64,000 nucleotides of DNA from assembly GCA_031549365.1 (NCBI GenBank), contig JAVBPX010000003.1:8703-72702 (forward strand). Reading direction: 5' to 3'. The stretch comes from Alphaproteobacteria bacterium (lineage in GTDB: Bacteria > Pseudomonadota > Alphaproteobacteria > Rs-D84). This document shows positions 19,819-31,270 of the stretch, in pieces. Under the pieces are notes generated by a model. That model saw only the letters and a list, made by a program, of their open reading frames with translations, ran no database searches and was not told where the DNA came from. Within the stretch, counting starts at the first letter, position 1; each line of letters starts with the position of its first letter. The position numbers and the translations under genes were made by a program.

Positions 19819-22224
19819 TTAACCCTTTATCACAAAATTGACCATTTTATTCGGAACAACAATTGTGTTTGTAATGTCGCCCGTCAAATATTTTTCGACC
19901 ATTTCACGGGCATTGGAAATTAGTTCTTGGCGGCCGATTTTTGTATCAACCGAAATTTCAGCACGACGTTTCCCATTTACCGATACAACAATTGTCATGG
20001 TGTTCGATACCAATGCGGCTGGATCAAATGTTGGCCAAGGCGTAAATACCAACATATCGGAATGGCCCAATTTTTCCCACAATTCTTCACACATGTGTGG
20101 CGCAAATGGGTTTAAACATTTTAACAATGTTTCATAACATTCTGTCGGCACAGCATCATATTTATACAGAAAATTTGAGTATTCCATCATTGCCGCAATC
20201 GCAGTATTAAATTTCATGGAATCAATTCGATCTGTCATGTCGGACACCAATTGGTTCATCATACGATTTTGTTCGTTGTCCATTTTTGCATCGATTGTAA
20301 CACGGTCGAATAATCCTTCTACCCTCTTTAAAAACCTTGAAACGCCGGACAATGTTTCTTCGGACCAAATCATGTTTAATTCCCATGGACCCAAAAATAA
20401 TATGGTTGTGCGTGCGGCGTCAGCACCTGTTCGATCGGTTACAGTTGATGAACTGACCGCATTCCCCTTGGACTTTGACATTTTTTGACCGTCTTCGCCC
20501 ATCATTAAACCGCTGGATGTGCGTTTGGAAAATGGTTCAGACGTTGGAACCAACCCCAGGTCGAACAAAGCCTTGTGCCAAAAACGAGCATACAATAAAT
20601 GACGGGTGTTGTGTTCATTTCCACCATTATAAATATCCACCGGCAACCAACGTTTTAATAATTTTTGATCCGCGAATTCATTATCATTATGTGGATCTAC
20701 ATAGCGTAAAAAATACCATGATGACCCGGCCCATCCCGGCATAGTATCAGTTTCACGACGACCATCCCCACCGCATTTTGGACATTTTGTTTTTACCCAA
20801 TCGGTCGCACGGGCCAAGGGGGATTCGCCATCATCTGTTGGACGAAAATCATCCATGTGCGGCTGCATAACTGGCAATTCATTGTCCGGAACCGGCTGCC
20901 ATCCGCAATGTTCGCAATAAATTAATGGAATTGGTTCACCCCAATACATTTGTCGAGAAAATCCCCAATCCTTTAATCTGTATTTTGTAGTCTTGCGTGC
21001 AAAACCATGTTTTTCACCGTACTCAATGGCAAAATTAATGGCTTCATTTTTGCCCATTCCATCCAAAAATTTGGAATTGATGTGTGGCCCCTCGTCCGTA
21101 AATGCAGCCGCAGAAATATCTCCACCATCCAAGACTGGAATTATTTCAATATCGAATTTTTTTGCAAATTCGTAATCACGTTCATCATGTGCAGGCACGG
21201 CCATAATTGCGCCATATCCGTAATTTGCCAAAACATAGTCCGAAATATATAACGGAATTTCAGTATTGTTATATGGATTTTCAACCATAATACCATCCAA
21301 TTTAACGCCTGATTTTTCACGCGTCATATTTGTACGTTCGATTTCGGATTTTGCTGCGGCCATTTTTTGATATTCAATTACAGCATCAGGATTTTTAATT
21401 TTGCCGTTCTCCAACCATTTTTTCACCAATTCGTGTTCGGGCGCAATTACACAAAATGTAACACCAAAAATTGTATCAACACGTGTTGTAAACACTGTCA
21501 TAATGTCATCGCCAACACGAAAATCAACATCCGCACCGATTGATTTTCCGATCCAATTAATTTGCTCGGTCTTGACGCGTTCCGGATAATCAACGGTTGA
21601 CAGATCATCAATCAAACGATCCGCATATTTTGTTATACGAATGTTCCATTGTTCTTTCATCTTTTTTTCTACTGGGCCGCCACAACGTTCACAACGCCCA
21701 TCTTCCAATTCTTCGTTTGTTAAATTTGTTTTGCAATTCGGGCACCAATTCATTGGCAACGCGTCACGATAAACCAATCCTGCTTTGAAAAATTGAATAA
21801 ATTGCCATTGAGTCCATTTGATATATTCAGGATCCGATGTTGCGATTTTTGCATCTGGGTCAAACGATAATCCCATGCATTTAATTTGTTTTTCAAAAAT
21901 TTGTATTAATTCACGGACAGAATCACTGGGGTGTTTGCCCGCCTTGACCGCGTAATGTTCCGCAGCAATTCCCATGGAATCATAACCAAATGGATACAAT
22001 ACATCGTACCCAGACATACGTTTATAACGCGCGATAACATCCATACCAGTATATGGCAACATGTGCCCAACATGCAGGCCCGAGCCCGACGGAAACGGGA
22101 ATTCCACCAAATCATAATATTTTGGTTTTTTGCCATCGTTTGTCGGAGTAAAAGATTTGGCATCATTCCATTTTTTTTGCCATTTTTCTTCGCGGGATAA
22201 TATCTTTTTTATTATATCGTTCAT
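19819..22224 (-). CDS. leuS: leucyl-tRNA synthetase
   Basis: 801 aa with a class I HMGH motif (LHVGHMLPYTGMD), a KMSKS motif (KMSKSKGN) and a CP1 editing domain. Confidence 0.9.
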   Translation of the reverse strand: MNDIIKKILSREEKWQKKWNDAKSFTPTNDGKKPKYYDLVEFPFPSGSGLHVGHMLPYTGMDVIARYKRMSGYDVLYPFGYDSMGIAAEHYAVKAGKHPSDSVRELIQIFEKQIKCMGLSFDPDAKIATSDPEYIKWTQWQFIQFFKAGLVYRDALPMNWCPNCKTNLTNEELEDGRCERCGGPVEKKMKEQWNIRITKYADRLIDDLSTVDYPERVKTEQINWIGKSIGADVDFRVGDDIMTVFTTRVDTIFGVTFCVIAPEHELVKKWLENGKIKNPDAVIEYQKMAAAKSEIERTNMTREKSGVKLDGIMVENPYNNTEIPLYISDYVLANYGYGAIMAVPAHDERDYEFAKKFDIEIIPVLDGGDISAAAFTDEGPHINSKFLDGMGKNEAINFAIEYGEKHGFARKTTKYRLKDWGFSRQMYWGEPIPLIYCEHCGWQPVPDNELPVMQPHMDDFRPTDDGESPLARATDWVKTKCPKCGGDGRRETDTMPGWAGSSWYFLRYVDPHNDNEFADQKLLKRWLPVDIYNGGNEHNTRHLLYARFWHKALFDLGLVPTSEPFSKRTSSGLMMGEDGQKMSKSKGNAVSSSTVTDRTGADAARTTILFLGPWELNMIWSEETLSGVSRFLKRVEGLFDRVTIDAKMDNEQNRMMNQLVSDMTDRIDSMKFNTAIAAMMEYSNFLYKYDAVPTECYETLLKCLNPFAPHMCEELWEKLGHSDMLVFTPWPTFDPAALVSNTMTIVVSVNGKRRAEISVDTKIGRQELISNAREMVEKYLTGDITNTIVVPNKMVNFVIKG

Positions 22225-22381
22225 TATGATTTCCTGTATTTTGATAAATGCACCTCATATGATACCCTATTTCGTTTGGGTTTCAAGGTTTTTTTTCATA
22301 TTCAAACCGTTATTTAACGCGCGATTTTTTGTTAAAAATTGTCTTGCGTTTTTGGGATTATAAACCTATGATTGTGGCATT

Positions 22382-23914
22382 ATGACTGTATCATTAAAAA
22401 CATTGGTATTTAACGGATTGAACGCGACACAGGTCGAGGTCCAAGTCCAAATTTTCGCAGGCATGCCCAAATTTAATATTGTTGGCTTGGCCGATCGCGC
22501 CGTGAATGAATCGAGAGAGAGAATTGAAAACGTTTTGGCCGCATTAAATTTATCATTACCGCCGAAACGATTGACCATTAATTTGTCCCCTGCGAATTTG
22601 GAAAAATCTGGATCACATTTTGATTTGCCAATACTGTGCGGAATATTGGTGGCTTTGAACGTATTGCCGCATGACTTATTGGAAAAATACATTATAATTG
22701 GCGAAATTGGTTTGGATGGGACATTACAAAAAACCAACGGTGTTTTGCCTGCATCTGTATATGCGGCCGATCATGATTTGGGAATAATCTGCCCCGAGGC
22801 CCAGGGTGGCGAAGCCCGTTGGGCCGGACATACAAATATATTGGCGCCACGTCATATTTTATCGTTAATAAATCATTTTCGTGGCAATCAAATTTTACCT
22901 GTTCCAAATGCTTCAAAACCAGATTCCGTATCAAAATCAAACGGTATGGATTTATCCGAAATTCGCGGCCAAGAATCCGCCAAACGCGCATTGGAAATTG
23001 CAGCTGCCGGCGGTCACGCAATGTTAATGGTTGGGCCACCCGGATCCGGAAAAACAATGCTGGCATCGCGATTGCCTGGGATTTTACCACCAATGTCAAC
23101 GCGTGAAATGCTGGATTCATCGGTTATATATTCAATATCTGGGATGCTAACATCGGGCGGATTGATTTCCACACGACCGTTTCGTGCGGTTCATCATACT
23201 GCATCACCCATTGCACTGGCTGGCGGCGGATCGGATGCAAAACCTGGGGAAATTTCATTGGCACATAATGGGGTTTTATTTTTGGATGAATTACCTGAAT
23301 TTCAACGAACCACCCTGGAAATTTTACGCCAACCAATTGAACAGGGAACAATTACAATTTCGCGGGCGAAAAAGAATGCAACATACCCGGCCCGCTTTCA
23401 ATTAATTGCTGCTATGAATCCGTGCCCTTGCGGGCATTTGGGAAATGCGCAATTGGCTTGTTCCAGGGCCCCTCGTTGTGCCGAAGCATATCAAAATAAA
23501 ATTTCGGGTCCATTATTGGACCGAATTGATTTACATGTTGATGTCGATCCTGTTAATCCATGGGATATGTCAACCGATACAACACGCGGGGAAACATCCG
23601 ACATTGTACGAACACGCGTTATTCTGGCACGCGATCGCCAATTGGCACGTTCCGAAAAATTATTTGGGATGCCAATAATTAACGCGCATTTGGATGGCGA
23701 CAAATTGGAAAAATCCGTTGTATTGGATCAAAAAACATCTGAATTTTTAAATGCTGCGGCTGAAAAAATGGGATTGTCGGCTCGTGGATATAACCGAATT
23801 TTACGAATTGCGCGGACAATTGCGGATTTACATGGGGTTGACAATGTTTCATATGATGATGTTGTTGAATCGTTATCATATCGTCCGTTACGTCGTGGAA
23901 AATATGGCGCTTGA
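22382..23914 (+). CDS. comM: YifB/ComM family Mg-chelatase-like AAA+ ATPase
   Basis: 510 aa with a Walker A (GPPGSGKT) and a ComM-like N-terminal Lon-like domain. Confidence 0.85.
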   Translation: MTVSLKTLVFNGLNATQVEVQVQIFAGMPKFNIVGLADRAVNESRERIENVLAALNLSLPPKRLTINLSPANLEKSGSHFDLPILCGILVALNVLPHDLLEKYIIIGEIGLDGTLQKTNGVLPASVYAADHDLGIICPEAQGGEARWAGHTNILAPRHILSLINHFRGNQILPVPNASKPDSVSKSNGMDLSEIRGQESAKRALEIAAAGGHAMLMVGPPGSGKTMLASRLPGILPPMSTREMLDSSVIYSISGMLTSGGLISTRPFRAVHHTASPIALAGGGSDAKPGEISLAHNGVLFLDELPEFQRTTLEILRQPIEQGTITISRAKKNATYPARFQLIAAMNPCPCGHLGNAQLACSRAPRCAEAYQNKISGPLLDRIDLHVDVDPVNPWDMSTDTTRGETSDIVRTRVILARDRQLARSEKLFGMPIINAHLDGDKLEKSVVLDQKTSEFLNAAAEKMGLSARGYNRILRIARTIADLHGVDNVSYDDVVESLSYRPLRRGKYGA

Positions 23915-23946
23915 CATAATTTAATTTGTGTTTATTATTTCCATCT

Positions 23947-24135
23947 ATGAAAGATACAAACAAACCAAAACGCCGTTTTTTTGATCCAATTGAAAATGAA
24001 TTTTTATCTGGATGCATTATTCCAATTGTTTTTTGGACGGCTGTTTTAATTGGCGTTTATCATATTGGATACTATCGCGGCAAAGCCGCACAACGCCACC
24101 AAATCGAAAAATTACAATCCGAAAAATCCAAATAA
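23947..24135 (+). CDS. possible small membrane protein (62 aa)
   Basis: MKDTNKPKRRFFDPIENEFLSGCIIPIVFWTAVLIGVYHIGYYRG.. has one transmembrane helix. It sits in a convergent intergenic space. Confidence 0.3.
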   Translation: MKDTNKPKRRFFDPIENEFLSGCIIPIVFWTAVLIGVYHIGYYRGKAAQRHQIEKLQSEKSK

Positions 24136-26803
<2,668 letters not shown>

Positions 26804-26811
26804 TTATTCAA

Positions 26812-26846
26812 CATAAAAAACACCCGGATAACCGGGTGTTTTTTGA
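26812..26846 (-). terminator. rho-independent terminator downstream of fabI
   Basis: aaaaaacacccgg-ataa-ccgggtgttttttg. This is a palindrome with an A-run and a T-run, so it can work in both orientations. Confidence 0.65.
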
Positions 26847-26857
26847 TTGTTTTCGAA

Positions 26858-27673
26858 TTATTCATCCATTGCTTTTAATACAACGTCTTTTAATTCATTT
26901 GGCATCATACCTGTAATGCTGTAACCACAATCAACGTGGTGAATTTCACCAGTAACCGCAGATGAAAGCCCCGAGAACAAATACAGCGCAGCACCCGATA
27001 CATCATCCAATGTCATGTTGCGTTTTAATGGTGTTAAATCTGCGTTTAATTTCAACATTGCGCGGAAACCGCCAACGCCAGACGAAGCCAATGTCATAAT
27101 TGGGCCCGCAGAAATTGCATTAACACGGATATTTTTTGAACCCAAATCGCACGCCAAATAACGAACCGACGAATCCAATGCAGATTTTGCAACACCCATA
27201 ACGTTGTAATTTGGGACGGCTTTTTCACCACCGAAATATGTCAATGTTACGATTGAACCGCCATCGGTCAACAATTTTGAGGAACGTTTCGAAATATCAA
27301 CTAATGAAAAAACCGAAATATCCATTGTGTTTTTGAAATTTTCACGACTTGTGTCAGCATACATTCCGTTTAATTCGCTTTTATCAGAAAAAGCAATAGC
27401 GTGCAAAACGAAATCCAATTTGCCCCATTTTTTTTCAATTGCGTCAAACAAAGCATCCATTTGTTCATCGTTTTGAACGTTTGTTTCCATAACGAAATCC
27501 GCATTAATTGATTCTGCCAATGGGCGAACGCGTTTTTCCAACGCAGGCATCGCATAAGGCATTGCAATTTCGGCGCCATGTTCGTGGCATAATTTCGCAA
27601 TCCCCCAAGCCATGGACATATCGTTGGCAACACCCATAATTAAACCGCGTTTGCCCGCAAGTAATTTTGTCAT
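26858..27673 (-). CDS. fabI: enoyl-ACP reductase (NADH), FabI
   Basis: MTKLLAGKRGLIMGVANDMSMAWGIA... SDR fold. The start is placed at the conserved MTKLL rather than the ORF-track start. Confidence 0.85.
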   Translation of the reverse strand: MTKLLAGKRGLIMGVANDMSMAWGIAKLCHEHGAEIAMPYAMPALEKRVRPLAESINADFVMETNVQNDEQMDALFDAIEKKWGKLDFVLHAIAFSDKSELNGMYADTSRENFKNTMDISVFSLVDISKRSSKLLTDGGSIVTLTYFGGEKAVPNYNVMGVAKSALDSSVRYLACDLGSKNIRVNAISAGPIMTLASSGVGGFRAMLKLNADLTPLKRNMTLDDVSGAALYLFSGLSSAVTGEIHHVDCGYSITGMMPNELKDVVLKAMDE

Positions 27674-27806
27674 AATGTTTTCCTTTTTGTTAAACAGAGC
27701 CCCAGAATACCACCCAAACAATCAAAAGTCAATTTTTGATATATTTTGTTGACAAAGCCGATATTAACGTCTATATTGTGAATAAAATCAAATACGAGGT
27801 GATAAC

Positions 27807-28190
27807 ATGGTTAACAAAGACACTATTATTATGGCGAACGAGCTGAGAATCATCGCAAGCCACTGGAAAGTAATAACAGACATGTTTAAATTAATCGAAA
27901 AAACAATCACCCAATTTAAACGCGATGCAAAGAGTATTGTTAGATCCAAACAAAGCGAATTGTTTACTCGGCACGCATCAGAAATTCGCGGATACGCCAA
28001 TGTAATAACAAGCCATTATCGCGAAATTAAAAAAAGCAAACAAATTATTACCAACTTGAAATTCGCAGAAAAAGAAAGATTGGAATACGAATTAGCCGCA
28101 GAAATTAGCAATACGCACGCATTTGAATCCAATTTCAAAAGCACCAAGGCACAATTAAAAGAATTGGGATTCCAGGGATTACATCGTTAA
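27807..28190 (+). CDS. hypothetical alpha-helical protein (ORFan cluster 1)
   Basis: 127 aa with no recognisable domain. C-terminus is ..LKELGFQGLHR. Confidence 0.5.
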   Translation: MVNKDTIIMANELRIIASHWKVITDMFKLIEKTITQFKRDAKSIVRSKQSELFTRHASEIRGYANVITSHYREIKKSKQIITNLKFAEKERLEYELAAEISNTHAFESNFKSTKAQLKELGFQGLHR

Positions 28191-28204
28191 AACTGGGGGT
28201 TAAA

Positions 28205-28612
28205 ATGGGAAAACAAGAATTTGAAAATAAAATTCGAAACGATTTAATGATTTTCAAAACAAAAATGGATTTTTGTTTAATCCAGGTTGTTTCTATGTCT
28301 GAATTCTTGGATAATTTTGAAATGAAAGTTGGCGAACAAATTGGACAAAATAGTTTAAATCACATTTCTGCATCTGTTGTAAAAGAGCAAATTTTCTATC
28401 TGTTTCGCATTTTAAAACCGTTACGCATTGCCGCAGGACAAGTTGAAAACCGATTAAAAAAATTAAACGCTTTTGACTATCGCCAAAACCATGAATTAAT
28501 TGAATTGATGAATATTGCTATGTCTGCCAGGGAAAAATACGATCGAATAATTCGCGACAATGCCGATCGATTTCAACGATTGGGATTGATAAAAAGCACA
28601 ATGACCAAATAA
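28205..28612 (+). CDS. hypothetical protein (ORFan cluster 1)
   Basis: 135 aa. C-terminus is ..NIAMSAREKYDRIIRDNADRFQRLGLIKSTMTK. Confidence 0.5.
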   Translation: MGKQEFENKIRNDLMIFKTKMDFCLIQVVSMSEFLDNFEMKVGEQIGQNSLNHISASVVKEQIFYLFRILKPLRIAAGQVENRLKKLNAFDYRQNHELIELMNIAMSAREKYDRIIRDNADRFQRLGLIKSTMTK

Positions 28613-28680
28613 ACATGCTTGACACAAATTATTAATTTGTGGCAAACCATAAACAGGATTAAAAACCAAAAGGATGAAAT

Positions 28681-29367
28681 ATGTTGTATGCTGTACAAAA
28701 ACCTCAGACACCTGTTATTGCTTATCGAGGACCTGCAGATGATGCATTAAATAATAAACCTGGGGAAAAAAGATCCGAAGTAAAATTAAAACCGCACGAA
28801 AGGTTACAGCAAGCAATTGTTGATAAAAAAATTACGCTAAGCGAAAACGCAAGCGAAGATCAAACAATGTTTAACATTGGGAATTTACGTAAATATATTA
28901 AAAAACAAAAGCAAATTGATGAAATTCCAGAAACTCAGAGATATTTGACCCAGCAAAAGGTTAATTGGACCGTTTACAAATGGTGTCTGGATGAAGTTTC
29001 CAAAACGTTAAATGAATATCACAAAGAAAAAAACAAAGACCCGCACGGCGCGTTTGGTTCGGCGTCCGTTGAATTAACTGCGTTAATGATGTATGCGTTC
29101 GAAGCACACGAACAATTGATTTCAACAAAAAACGTATTGCTGTCTAAAAGGATTAATTTGGATAACGGAAAAAACAATACAAAAAATCCCGAGTTTGATA
29201 AATCAGTTAAAAAAATTATAAAAAAAGATCGCGAATGCGAAAAAATTGAACGCAGCCTTGCCCGACGCTTGTTAAAGGCAAAATTTATTGATATTTCTGT
29301 TGCCGAAGAACAACGAAATAAATTGTGCCGATATATGTATAAAATGGGCTTCTTTAACGAGAGATAA
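28681..29367 (+). CDS. hypothetical Lys-rich protein (ORFan cluster 1)
   Basis: 228 aa and charged. C-terminus is ..RYMYKMGFFNER. Preceded by an RBS AAGGATGA. Confidence 0.5.
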   Translation: MLYAVQKPQTPVIAYRGPADDALNNKPGEKRSEVKLKPHERLQQAIVDKKITLSENASEDQTMFNIGNLRKYIKKQKQIDEIPETQRYLTQQKVNWTVYKWCLDEVSKTLNEYHKEKNKDPHGAFGSASVELTALMMYAFEAHEQLISTKNVLLSKRINLDNGKNNTKNPEFDKSVKKIIKKDRECEKIERSLARRLLKAKFIDISVAEEQRNKLCRYMYKMGFFNER

Positions 29368-29400
29368 AAAACATCCCGGATTATTCCGGGATGTTTTATT
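29365..29400. terminator. bidirectional rho-independent terminator
   Basis: aaaaaacatcccgga-ttatt-ccgggatgtttt, between convergent genes. Confidence 0.65.
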
Positions 29401-29416
29401 GGTGAACACTACACCT

Positions 29417-29737
29417 CTAACCCTTTTTCACATCACGCAATTTTTTATAATATTCGGGTTTTACTGATATTGATGTTGTATAACGATTGATTATGTTGCC
29501 ATCGTCGCCAACCTCGGCCACGGATATTTGTTTGGCCGTTTTCAAATGATTTCGAACACTTGTTGGCATTTCCGTCAAAACCAATCCTTCGACCATGTTT
29601 CTCCGTAACAACGCTGCCCGGCGCCCATCATAAATTAACACGGGTCGTTCAACGGGCGTCATGCGTTCACGCAATACCAAAACCCAGTCGGCATTGCGAC
29701 GCACAATCATGTCAAAATATGGTTCAATTGTAATCAT
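29417..29737 (-). CDS. hypothetical Arg-rich small protein
   Basis: 106 aa, MITIEPYFDMIVRRNADWVLVLRERMTPVERPVLIYDGRR... Its composition differs from its neighbours, with higher GC and more Arg. Confidence 0.5.
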   Translation of the reverse strand: MITIEPYFDMIVRRNADWVLVLRERMTPVERPVLIYDGRRAALLRRNMVEGLVLTEMPTSVRNHLKTAKQISVAEVGDDGNIINRYTTSISVKPEYYKKLRDVKKG

Positions 29738-29808
29738 GTTGATATAATATCATAAAAAAGTCCAAATTTAAATATTTTTGGTATGGAACAAACGTATTCA
29801 TTTATGAT

Positions 29809-30186
29809 ATGATTAAATATATGACAAACGACATTAACGACATTATGAAAACAATCCAATCAAAATTGGAAGATCCAAACCGTGGCGATGTTTTGCGTAA
29901 CGCAACCGCACCTGAAAAAACACCAATCCAATCGATTGTCAAAAACTCAACTGTCGCGCAACAGGCAACTGGGCCTCAGCCACTACGATTGTCACCACAA
30001 AATATTACTTCGGAAATTTATATAATTGCCCCATCTCAAATAAAATTGTTGTCGGCCGCATTATCAAAAACATTGGCAGGATCACTGAATTTACGCGCAT
30101 TAACACCAAAGATTCAACAGGTTTTGGACACCGCATTGATTGATACAATGAAATCTATGAAACGTACAGGATTTAAAAAAAGTTAA
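29809..30186 (+). CDS. hypothetical protein
   Basis: 125 aa, Ser/Thr/Gln-rich and low complexity. Confidence 0.4.
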   Translation: MIKYMTNDINDIMKTIQSKLEDPNRGDVLRNATAPEKTPIQSIVKNSTVAQQATGPQPLRLSPQNITSEIYIIAPSQIKLLSAALSKTLAGSLNLRALTPKIQQVLDTALIDTMKSMKRTGFKKS

Positions 30187-30786
30187 TTATTTTCCAACAA
30201 CGTGTCGAATATATCCCGGCACAATGTCATCAGAAACAATATCCGAAGATATTATTTTTGCGCCATTTGGCAATATAAACCTGTTTACATCTAATTCCGT
30301 CGATATCGTATCAAGATTGGGATTAGAGCCCAAGTCAAATTTTAGATTATTAACAGAATTTTTATCCAAACCGTTTGAATACATATGAATTTGAAATATT
30401 TCGCTACCACTATTTTTCATAATTGTATTAAAATCCAGCGGATCAATTTCTCCATTACACATCGCATATAGAAATGCGTTTGAAACACAAATTTTTGAAG
30501 GATCCAAATATTTCAGAATTTGCCATGCTGGGATTTTTGGATTGCGTAACTGAAACATTGCGAATCCTTTGGGAAAACGAAAGATTACATCCGGGTAATA
30601 ATTGCGAAGCAACATTAATTTTCCAAAATTGAATTGCAATTCGCCCCAAGGCAAAAATTCAGACATATTAAAATCAAAAACTTTATCACCGCGATCAATG
30701 CTGGGCAAATAGCCAAAATCCAATAATTTTGTAATATTAATTGGCGCTTTCTGAGAAATTTGTTTTGTATGATGAAAGTATTTCAA
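30187..30786 (-). CDS. hypothetical protein
   Basis: 199 aa with no recognisable motif. Confidence 0.45.
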   Translation of the reverse strand: MKYFHHTKQISQKAPINITKLLDFGYLPSIDRGDKVFDFNMSEFLPWGELQFNFGKLMLLRNYYPDVIFRFPKGFAMFQLRNPKIPAWQILKYLDPSKICVSNAFLYAMCNGEIDPLDFNTIMKNSGSEIFQIHMYSNGLDKNSVNNLKFDLGSNPNLDTISTELDVNRFILPNGAKIISSDIVSDDIVPGYIRHVVGK

Positions 30787-30847
30787 GTTATTTATCCAGG
30801 TTATGTGCGGGCCGGATAATGTACCAAAATAATTTAAATGTCAAGAA

Positions 30848-31146
30848 AATAAGAGAGGGATCAATAAGCCGGATTCTGTCATGGACGATGATTCATCTGC
30901 GCAATAATGTTACCATTATACGTCAAGCTGCCTACCCGGTGGCATTGGGGAACACAATATTACCACCCTATTTGGCATTGCTGCGGACAGAGTTTACCGC
31001 GTTTCACTCCGCACTTAAACGGCTCGTCTCTGTGGCACTGGTCCTGGGGTTGCCCCCGGTGGGCGTTACCCACTGTCCTGTTCCCAGCAGTCCGGACTTT
31101 CCTCGGACATGTTTCCATGTCCGCCATCGTCTTGACCCCTCGGGCA
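30848..31146 (-). ncRNA. rnpB: RNase P RNA, bacterial type A, reduced (about 300 nt)
   Basis: The minus strand contains GAGGAAAGUCCGGAC (P4 5' strand), GGUAACGCC, AGUGCCACAGAGA, GGUAAACUCUGUCCGCAGCAAUGCCAAAUAGGGUGG, CCGGGUAGGCAGCUUGA and ACAGAAUCCGGCUUAUU (P4 3' strand). P1 pairs gaggggucaa with uugaucccuc. It is a GC-rich island in an AT-rich genome. Confidence 0.85.
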
Positions 31147-31270
31147 CCAATATACGTTTTTTTCAGAGAATTGCAAGATATTTATAAAAAGTTCAACCAT
31201 TCAGTATTGACATTGATGGCCACTTCGGCTATATATAGAGGGTTATCACAATTTACGGAAAGGAAGTATA

